Source: Tetramitus jugosus
Lineage: Eukaryota; Protista; Heterolobosea
Reading direction: 5' to 3'
Length of the DNA stretch: 64,000 bases
Assembly (NCBI GenBank): GCA_937625935.1
Contig: OW569353.1
Location: 62,001 to 126,000 of the forward strand
Shown: piece by piece, positions 52,397 to 60,528 of the stretch
Position numbering within the stretch: position 1 is the first letter of the stretch
Layout: every line of letters begins with the position of its first letter
Position numbers and translations under genes: made by a program
The notes under the pieces: generated by a model
Told to the model about the DNA's origin: nothing
The model's database searches: none
What the model saw: the letters and a program-made list of their open reading frames with translations, nothing else

Positions 52397-53593
52397 ATGC
52401 AAGTTGATCAAAGTGATGCCCCCTCATCGTACTACAAGGGATACGGTAAAATGAGTGAATCGACACAAGCCTGGAATCTGTCTCAACAGGAGCACAACCA
52501 GTTATTCAACAAGACGCAATGGGTCGTTACGGAGAAGCTGCATGGAGCCAATTGTAGCTTTGTGCTGAATGCAAAGTCTACCCCGAGTGTAACAACCGAT
52601 AACAAGTTGCAATTCATTGTTCATTGCGGCAAGAGAAGATCACTCTTATTGAGCAATGAAGAGTTCTTTGATGTGCAGAGCATTATGCCACAGATGACAC
52701 AAAAGTTGAACGAGATACATGAATTGATACAGTCTACGGATCCATCTGTCTTGCAACTCAAGCCTGATTGGATCACAGGTTATCACCATTTGTATGTGTT
52801 TGGAGAGTTGTTTGGTGGATATTATCCCAGTGTGGAACAAGGCAAGAAGAAGGAGTCTGATGCGATACAGAGTGGAATTTGGTATTCTCCCAATATTGAA
52901 TACTGTGCATTTGACATTGCCATTCAACTCGAATGTGGTACGCAATACTTTTTGGATTACAGTGTGATACAGTTGCTTTTTGGGCGAGTGAACATGATGT
53001 ACAATGAGCCATTGTTTATCGGCAAGTTTGAGCAGTGTATGGACTATAATATTCACTTTGTTACCAAAATACCTGATATGCTGAGTCTACCTCCTATTGA
53101 GGGCAACAAGGCCGAAGGTGTTGTCATTCGTCCCATGAGAGAACTCGCGGTCAATACGAAGAAAGGCATGGTTCGTCCATTGATGAAGAGAAAGATTGAA
53201 GAGTTTTCTGAGGCTAGGTTCGATATGAAACAAAAGCAGAGCTCTGGTGTCAGCAGCAGCTCCTCTTCGTTCGACAATGGTATCAGCGCTGCAGTCATGT
53301 GTGAGTACGAAATGCAAGGTTTGGTTACAATGAATAGATTGAACAATGCTATATCAAAGCTTGGAAAACCTGATGCAAACAATAAGGCACAGAACGTGGA
53401 ATTACTCGAATTGTACGTATCGGACGTCTTGGAAACCTTGGCTGACGACGGAGACAGCGGACCATTGTTCCATTCGCTGACGGAACAGGAGAAACATGAA
53501 CTGAGAGATAAGACTGTGATCCAATCAAAACAAATCATTTATGAATACTACAAGCAGCAACAAAAGGCCGCCAGACAATCAAAATCAACCTAA
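52397..53593 (+). CDS. ATP-dependent RNA ligase, Rnl2 family
   Basis: Motif I TEKLHGAN, III VFGELFGG, IIIa YCAFDI, IV AEGVVI, V MKRK..FSE, plus the C-terminal VTMNRLNNAISKLG domain. First likely ATG is at 52397. Confidence 0.9.
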   Translation: MQVDQSDAPSSYYKGYGKMSESTQAWNLSQQEHNQLFNKTQWVVTEKLHGANCSFVLNAKSTPSVTTDNKLQFIVHCGKRRSLLLSNEEFFDVQSIMPQMTQKLNEIHELIQSTDPSVLQLKPDWITGYHHLYVFGELFGGYYPSVEQGKKKESDAIQSGIWYSPNIEYCAFDIAIQLECGTQYFLDYSVIQLLFGRVNMMYNEPLFIGKFEQCMDYNIHFVTKIPDMLSLPPIEGNKAEGVVIRPMRELAVNTKKGMVRPLMKRKIEEFSEARFDMKQKQSSGVSSSSSSFDNGISAAVMCEYEMQGLVTMNRLNNAISKLGKPDANNKAQNVELLELYVSDVLETLADDGDSGPLFHSLTEQEKHELRDKTVIQSKQIIYEYYKQQQKAARQSKST

Positions 53594-53617
53594 TTAAACT
53601 TATTCAAACATTTTTAC

Positions 53618-54811
53618 TCAATCATTTGGATTGATTTCGTTGGCGGCGTTGTAACAATAAAGATAAAGGAAAACTAAAGCAAATTCAATTTTTGTAAGTA
53701 TATTTTTATTGCTATCATCGAGTCCAAGATTGACAGAAGTGACTGCATATCCTTGATTCGATGACCGCACGCCATATTGCTGTCTAATTGGTGTCAATTG
53801 TTGTTCATGTTCTCGTGCTACTGCTGCAGTAGTGCCCATTTCACGTGAAGTGGCAGTTGAAGTCGTTCGACTCACATTGCTCTCTTGACCTTGATTGTTT
53901 GGTTTCATGATAGGAGCTTCTTGTTCTTGTTCTTCTACTTCATTTTCTTGTTCTTGAGCTTCTTCATGAATGATGAAGAAGGATGATGATGATGGTTCAG
54001 TGTACATTGGAGATTGATGAGCTTGTTGTTGATGTTGATGTTGATGTTGCATCATCTCAAGCTCTAGCTCTTGCAATTGTAACTGCAAATTTTGGAGCTG
54101 TAGTTGATGATAATGATAGTCGCAGTGAGGAGATTGAGGATGTTGTTGAGATGATGGGTAGCTCATTGAGTGATGATGATACATTTCAGCACCACACTCA
54201 CAGTCATCATCCAATTGAGCAAACATGTCATCTTCTTGTTGTTGTTGTTCATATTCATATTCACTCATGTAGCTCTCCTCTTCATCAAAGTCCTCCACAA
54301 CTTCATCTTCATAGTAACAACATTGTTCTTGTTGTTCTTGTTGTTCTTGTTCTTGAGCTTGTTCATAGTAAAACTCTGCTTCTTGTTCTTGTTGTGTGGT
54401 GGAAGAAGCTTGTATCACAGTGCTAGTCATGTAGTCCATGACGTACAAGAGTGAATGAAGCTTTGGGTTGGACATGGCAATGGAGAGAGCGGATTGTAGC
54501 TCTTGTTCATTGACCATTTGGCCTAGGAATGGAAGTGCATATTGTAGCTTGAAAAGGAGCTCTTGTTCTGCACTCATCATCATTTCTTGTTGTTGTTGTT
54601 CTGGTTGTTCTTCAGGTTGTTCTGGTTGTGCTTGTTGTTGACATTCACTTTCAACACCACCACTCAAGCTTTCTTCATCACTGCTGTAGAAGAAGTCTTC
54701 TTGTTGTTGATAGAATTGGTGGTGTTGTTGGTGTTGGTGTTGTTGTCGTGCAATGAGCTCTTGTTCGAGCTGTTGTTGCTGTTGTTGATGGGGGAACCAC
54801 AGTTCATTCAT
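53618..54811 (-). CDS. Q/E/H-rich hypothetical protein
   Basis: 397-aa ATG-initiated ORF, mostly low complexity. No recognised domain. Confidence 0.6.
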   Translation of the reverse strand: MNELWFPHQQQQQQLEQELIARQQHQHQQHHQFYQQQEDFFYSSDEESLSGGVESECQQQAQPEQPEEQPEQQQQEMMMSAEQELLFKLQYALPFLGQMVNEQELQSALSIAMSNPKLHSLLYVMDYMTSTVIQASSTTQQEQEAEFYYEQAQEQEQQEQQEQCCYYEDEVVEDFDEEESYMSEYEYEQQQQEDDMFAQLDDDCECGAEMYHHHSMSYPSSQQHPQSPHCDYHYHQLQLQNLQLQLQELELEMMQHQHQHQQQAHQSPMYTEPSSSSFFIIHEEAQEQENEVEEQEQEAPIMKPNNQGQESNVSRTTSTATSREMGTTAAVAREHEQQLTPIRQQYGVRSSNQGYAVTSVNLGLDDSNKNILTKIEFALVFLYLYCYNAANEINPND

Positions 54812-55184
54812 TTTGTGACAAAATAGGTGTGTTTGTTTCAGCGAGTACTTTTAACACTATGTGTGTTTGTTGTTTGTTGTTTTCTGTTGGAGGATCATCT
54901 GGAACAAATCGAAGGTTTACCCACTTCAGGAACGTACTGAGATACCGCAGCCAAGTGTCCTGTTGGCGTCAGAGTTGAACCGATAACTCCTGAGTTGCGC
55001 ACGTGTCTCCAATGAGGCGTGGGAGATTTCGTACTTCCACGTGGGAATTGGAGTTCCAAAAAACAACGCAATCCCGTAAGACTCCGCGATTTTTGCGCCG
55101 TTGTGGAAGCATGAAAAGACCCTTCCAACATTCTAAGAGGATTGGCGCAGGTATGACTTTTGTGCCACAATTGATGTTGGTGTT

Positions 55185-55188
55185 AAAA
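55185..55188 (-). terminator. Pol III terminator (TTTT) of tRNA-Tyr
   Basis: T4 run 3 nt downstream of the discriminator base on the minus strand. Confidence 0.7.
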
Positions 55189-55191
55189 GGT

Positions 55192-55264
55192 TCCTCCGAG
55201 CGTGACTCGAACACGCGACCACAAGATCTACAGTCTCATGCTCTACCATCTGAGCTATCAGAGG
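55192..55264 (-). tRNA. tRNA-Tyr (anticodon GUA), intronless
   Basis: The minus strand reads CCTCTGA TA GCTCAGATGGTAGAGC A TGAGA CTGTAGA TCTTG TGGTC GCGTG TTCGAGT CACGC TCGGAGG A. This is a 73-nt cloverleaf with the C1-G72 and A73 Tyr identity elements. Confidence 0.96.
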
Positions 55265-55307
55265 TTCGTGTCTGACTTTCTACATTTCGAGAATATTAAT
55301 CTAAAAA

Positions 55308-55320
55308 TAACACAAGAAAG
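55308..55320 (+). repeat. Left target-site duplication of copy 1; right copy at 56336-56348
   Basis: TAACACAAGAAAG is exact at both ends. It is extendable by up to 5 A on the left (ambiguous with the poly-A) and 1 A on the right. Confidence 0.92.
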
Positions 55321-56335
55321 ACGCAACCTAATGACATCATCAAAAGGCTGTTCAAGGTGGGAATAGGTCTGAGGAGCCAATTGACAGTGGGTGGAAAGTG
55401 GATCAGGCATAGAGAACTGGTCAAAAGACACGGAAACTTTGGGATTAGTTCTCGCAGATACAAGTACTTGACTAGTGATCTCGAAATGTTAAAGTGCAAT
55501 GGTCAACATGAGCACTCAAACGTCACTACACCAAGGCTAATGTACAATGGTAGTTTTGAGGTCGTAGAGAAGGAACAGTTGTGGAGAGTCTTCTTGCGGC
55601 GACATAGAGATAGGGTGAAAGAGGAGAAGTTATGGTGGATACAGTCGAAATGTCTAGGAGGTGAGGTAGATTTTAAATTTATGAGATGCCCTTTCAGGGT
55701 TGATCGTGCTCTGGAATGGTTCGTTGCTCAGGTGAAAAGTCACACAATTCACACTAGAGCCGTTATCCAACATCTCTATGGAGTAGTGGACATGGACACG
55801 CTATGCCCCAAATGCAAACTTGAACAGGAAACTGTGTTACATTGTCTCGTTCGATGCCCGGTGGCGATAATGGCCAGAAGGCAGTTGGTGAAGGAAGTTT
55901 CCACCAAGCTGAGTAAAATGGGTCTTCACAAAGACCAAAGTGTAGATATGTGGTTCGACAATCGACGATGGTGCAACGGCGCGTTGCAGGTCAATAAGAG
56001 GAGGAAAACAAGCAAGGAATACATGCTTGGCATGTTGGGTATTGAAACAAGGGCGCTGAAACAAGTGATCAAAGGACTGACGAAGAGTGGGATGGAGAAG
56101 AAGAAGGCGATTGTGAAGGCCCAACAATTTGTCGATCATACAAAGAGGAGGTGTGTGGAGGTGATGCGACGCCTCTTCACGAGTTCAAAGGAGATTGCTG
56201 GTTGCTAATGCTCTACGAGCATTTGCAACTACTTAAATCAATAGTGACGGCATTCTGCCGTCACGAAACTGATACAGAGAATCAACAAAGAAGTAAAATG
56301 AGCAACCAATGGTTGTATTTAAAAAAAAAAAAAAA
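55321..56335 (+). mobile_element. Non-LTR retrotransposon copy 1: about 1 kb, 5'-truncated, inserted upstream of tRNA-Tyr
   Basis: The frame is open from the junction to TAA at 56208 and encodes the ORF2 C-terminus with a zinc knuckle (CPKCKLEQETVLHCLVRCP). The 3' UTR ends ATGGTTGTATTT followed by A15. It is flanked by the direct repeat (AAAAA)TAACACAAGAAAG(A). Confidence 0.93.
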
Positions 56336-56603
56336 TAACACAAGAAAGAAACCATCAACTGTTCCCGTCAACCAAGGAGAAACAGAAACAATGACCTCAT
56401 TGGGAAAAATTATACAGATAACCAGGGCCATAGAGCGTTGGCTATTGCAAACGAAAGACAAAAAAAAGAAATTGAGGAAGAGGCAAAACGGAGTTATAAA
56501 AAGCAAGCAGGATGGTGGAAGCTGCATTGCGCTCTGTCAAGGGTCCTATATGGTTTGAGGATGTTGTGTACGAAAGTGGAAAGATACAACCATCGGACGC
56601 AAA

Positions 56604-56723
56604 AGCCTACATTACTGAGGGTTCTCGAGTAGTCTCCTATCTCAATACTAACTCAGCCAGATGGTGCTTAACTTCTCTATTCGAAATGGGAAGAGGTGGT
56701 TCCACCATTGTATGAACGTAGAC
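56604..56723 (-). rRNA. 5S ribosomal RNA gene
   Basis: The minus strand reads GTCTACGTTCATACAATGGTGGAACCACCTCTTCCCATTTCGAATAGAGAAGTTAAGCACCATCTGGCTGAGTTAGTATTGAGATAGGAGACTACTCGAGAACCCTCAGTAATGTAGGCTTTT. It is about 120 nt with a GTCTAC/GTAGGC terminal helix, box A (AGTTAAGC), loop E (TTAGTA), box C (GGAGAC) and a T4 terminator. Confidence 0.95.
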
Positions 56724-56756
56724 AGCTAACTTATTTTTTCACATACTTTGGCCGTT

Positions 56757-56772
56757 TCGGCCGGACTAATTC
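56757..56772 (+). repeat. Left target-site duplication of copy 2; right copy at 60039-60054
   Basis: TCGGCCGGACTAATTC is exact at both positions. Confidence 0.95.
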
Positions 56773-59700
56773 AAGGTCGCCACTGTTGACGAAAGGGTTT
56801 CATATTTGTTCCCGAAGAACAAAAAGGAACAGAGATGGATACTATACGGCCAAAGTGTAGTGAATGAATTGGAGAGTGGCGATGTCGAGAACATAAAAGA
56901 TGTGGACAGGCAATGCGATGCGATTACAACCACAATACTGAAACACGCACAGTCGTTCCGCAAAACTGACAGTCCGAATGTTTGGAGACACAACAGAGCA
57001 GTTCGTAGGCTTTTACAACATAGGACCATACTAATGAAATATTTGGAGGGGCATGTGTGGAGTTCGAAGCTTGAAGCGCTGTGCATTAATTGTGAAGGTG
57101 CATCTAGATTGAACAAAGTGTTGGAAACGCTCTGTCAAGTTAACAAAGTTCTGCACCATAACAGAGCCATGAAGACTAGAGAAAGGTTTCGGAAATGGGA
57201 ATGGATGGCTAGAACTGCGGAATTCAGCGACCCAACCAAGTTCTTCTCGGCGGCCTCGGCTAAAAAGAGTTGCAGAGTCAGACTGGCAAGAGTCACTAAG
57301 GAAGGAATGGAACATACTGACCCAGTTACTGTAGGAGAGGTGGCTGCCAAGTATTTCGAGCAAGCGTTCAAAAGGGAGGAAGCCGACATGGGGTTCCTGA
57401 GGAGTTTGGAATATCATGGTGACAAGAGAAAGATGCGGGAAGCATTTGTCCCATTTGTGACAGAGGAAGTGGTAACGGCCGTAAAATGGTTGCGGAACAA
57501 GAAATGTCCAGGAGCAGACGGACTGCACAATGAAATGCTCAAACTGCCTCAGACTAAGGAAAGAGACTATAATTTTGCGCTGGCTGAAATCCTGTGTGGG
57601 TTCTTCAACAACGTGACCTCCAGTGGGTGCTTCCCTAAGGCGTAGAAAGAGTGTATCATCATCCCTGCCTACAAGAAAGGGGATGTGACCAACCCGGAGA
57701 ATTACCGACCGATTTGTCTGCTGAGTTCCTTGTCCAAACTGTATACCAAGCTGCTTAATATGAGAGTTTCTAAAGCTGCGGAGGTAAGTGGAGTGTTCAC
57801 CAACGTGCAAGGTGGAGGGAGGAAATTCCGTGATATTAGAGAAAAACTTTCGATTATCAGAGGAGTGATTGACTCGGCCAACCGGCATGACAAACAACTG
57901 TATCTGTTGTTAACCGACATCTCTAAAGCCTTCGATTCGGTGCCACATAATGCAATCGAAGCAGTGTATAGGTTTTTTGGCTTCCCGGAAGGAATCGTAA
58001 GACTTGTGAGTGGAATGGTCAGAGACAATTTTGCGCGAGTGCTCACGTCATCCTTGTCACGGAGGTTCCATATGGGAAAGGGAACGAGACAGGGTGATTC
58101 CCTCTCTCCAACAACATATGTATTGGTACATCAAACAGTGCTGATGTATGTTAACAAGAGAATGGATGGATACAGGGCTAGGTCACAGAGGCTGTGGAAC
58201 GCAGCGTATGTAGATGACTGCAACTTGTTTGCTGAGTCTAGAGCAGACATAGAAAGAGCTGCAGAAGCAATGTCTGCAGTTCTCGGTTCACTTAGGATGA
58301 CCATGCATCCTGACAAGCTGGAACTGTATGTGAGAAAGTCCGAAGACGACAATTGCCATGACATCGCGGTGAATGAAAAGTTGGTGAAAGCGCGAAATCG
58401 GAGAGAAGGGTTCAGAGCTCTAGGTCTGTTCACCAATCTTCAAGGTGATACCATGAAGCAGCGTGAGCAAGCTTGGCAGAAGGCTCAAAGGGTGGTAGTT
58501 AGGCTGAAGTTGATGAAACTGACATCAAGACAAGTGAGCAGAGTTGTCAATACTTGCATTCACCCGATATTCTCATACGCCTCAGAGTTCACAGACTGGT
58601 CATCAGAGTGGTTGAACAAAGTAAATTTGCTGGGCAGGAGCCTAGTGAGGCATGGATCTACTGCAATGCCGCGATTTCCAGTGGATCTTCTCTCAGTAGG
58701 AGACGATAAGGGGTTGATGGGATTGAAAGACATCGAGGAGACTATCACGACCCGTACGTCATGGTTCGTGTACTCGATGATACTTGGGAAGAGGGACACA
58801 GAGGCCAGACAACTGTTTCGTGGCACGCTTGAGGAAATCAAGCAAACACAAACATTCCAGAACGAGAATGTATTCCAGTCACGAAACAGGATTGAAGTTG
58901 TCAGGCACTCTTACCTCAAGTGGTGTGCTAGCAGAATGCACAAACATAAAATACGAGTCACCAAAACAAATAGCTCCTGTGATAGTTGTTGCTTGGCCAG
59001 GTATGTACCGAGTGCAATTCTCAAGAAGCTCTACAAGGCAGGTATCACAAGCCGTGCGCAACTTATGGTGGATGAACATCCTCTATGTCTGAAGGAATTT
59101 AAGCATATTTTTCCCTCCTGCAAGGTCGGAGCAAGGTCGTATGAGGTGCTGAAAGTGTTAATATCCCAAATGGATGGATGTGGATGTGGAGGGAAAAGGT
59201 CCACCGAAGGTGCAGAACCGGCATTGTACAAAGGAAATCTGCATGTGGAAAGTAGATCGCATCTCCAGTCGTTGTTTGATCAAGAAAGAAGTGCAAGAAT
59301 AGATGAAGACGAGCGATGTTGGCTACAGAGGGCAGCAAATAACAGTGGTGCAGATTTTAGCTTCATCAAATACCCACATGGTATAGACAGGAAGCTGGAG
59401 TGGTTCCATGCACAGGTACGCAGTGGCACACTCCACACAGCAGAAGTTGTACGATATATGTACAACACTGGTGAGGAACAGGTCAATTGCAGCTGGTGTC
59501 AGAAGGAGCCCGAAAGTGTGCTGCATTGCTTGATAAGGTGTCCAAGGGCCATTATGGTTAGAAGGCAATTGGCTGTGAAAGTGGGACATGAGCTCAAGAA
59601 GATGGGAATCCCCGAATCTGCCTACGTCGATGTCTGGTTCGATGAGGTGCGACTGAAGGAAGGAAAAGTTGTGAGGCAACCGCTCAAAAAGTCTAGCCGT

Positions 59701-59898
59701 GAACTGCTGCAAGGAATGATGGGTATAGAAACGGACGCCATCATGGAAGTCGCTGAAGGCCTTGTGTCTGGAGGAATGAAGAAGACGCTGGCACAGAAGA
59801 AAGCCAAAACATATGTGAACAGTGTCAAGAGGAGATGTCTCAAGACTCTCCACCACCTGTTCATTACAACGAAGGATAAATGTAATCAACGGCAATGA
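56773..59898 (+). pseudogene. Truncated ORF2 (linker, reverse transcriptase, CCHC zinc knuckle) with one in-frame TAG at 57643-57645
   Basis: One frame from the junction. Motifs: KCPGADGL, FPKA*KECIIIPAYKKGD..NPENYRPICLL (stop at the conserved Trp), DISKAFDSV, GTRQGDSLSP, YVDD and CSWCQKEPESVLHCLIRCP. No endonuclease domain is retained. Confidence 0.92.
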
Positions 59899-60038
59899 CG
59901 CTTTCCGGCGTCATTGCCTACCAACTGGAAGCTAACCAGGCCCACGCTCTTCGAGCGTAGGCAAGTGAATAAGCAAAGATAATAAAAAGAGCAACGGTTG
60001 CATAAATGAAATGGTTGTATTAAAAAAAAAAAAAAAAA
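56773..60038 (+). mobile_element. Non-LTR retrotransposon copy 2: 3.27 kb, 5'-truncated, L1/TRE-like, inserted upstream of the 5S gene
   Basis: RT-bearing ORF2 fragment. The 3' UTR ends ATGGTTGTATT followed by A17 (60022-60038). It is flanked by an exact 16-bp direct repeat, TCGGCCGGACTAATTC. Confidence 0.96.
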
Positions 60039-60528
60039 TCGGCCGGACTAATTCCTTGTAAACTGAAGGTTATGCGAGAAGAAGAAACTTCTCTTCCCAT
60101 CTTAAGAAAGTGAGATTGTATTGAATATTTCAAGAGTTAAATAAATAATCCTGGATCAATAGTCGTACACGGAAAGGAAGGAGACTTAAAGGAGGAATTC
60201 CTGGACGAAATGAAACTCTCTAGCTGGGGATGGCTTTCGTTTTGGAGACTTATTGCTTGATACCACTCTTTAGCTTCTGGTTGCTTGTTTCACTTTTTGT
60301 GTTTCAACACCGCCTTTGACATGCTAATAGTAGTGAGTAGACTGCTGATCCTCTACTTGTTGTGGAAAGCGAGATCGGAGGAGTCCAAAAGGAAAATGCT
60401 CCTGCTGTAAGTAATGACCGAAATAACATCCGTCACTTTCGCAGGACCTCTCCTTCAAAATTTCTGTTGTTCATAGGTTGGAGCGAGAAGAAGTAAACTG
60501 ACAAAACCTTTAACAAAGCAAGTATCAA

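Noticed and set aside
54850-55184. Possible additional ncRNA downstream of tRNA-Tyr
   Set aside because: No U1/U2/U6/SRP/tRNA signature was recognised. It is more likely the promoter region of the 54811 gene, though an Infernal search would be needed to exclude an ncRNA.
56271-56280. U6 snRNA-like GATACAGAGA
   Set aside because: It lies inside the 3' UTR of copy 1 and the rest of U6 (AGATTAGCATGG, 5' stem) is absent.
57643-57645. Programmed read-through or a variant genetic code at the in-frame TAG in ORF2, possibly by the neighbouring tRNA-Tyr
   Set aside because: The position corresponds to a conserved Trp, so a single TGG>TAG change explains it. TAG ends normal genes here (ALDH, BRCT, reductase), there is no CARYYA read-through context, and the copy is 5'-truncated anyway.
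57031-57897. 288-aa antisense ORF within copy 2
   Set aside because: It is a shadow of the RT frame with no recognisable domain or convincing start.
56773-59898. RT as a retron, DGR, group II intron or telomerase
   Set aside because: The poly(A) tail, TSDs, 5' truncation, NYRPI/KAFDSV/QGDSLSP motifs and CCHC knuckle all indicate a non-LTR retrotransposon.
55321-60038. One composite or LTR-type element spanning both copies
   Set aside because: Each copy has its own distinct TSD pair and poly(A) tail, and host DNA containing the 5S gene lies between them.
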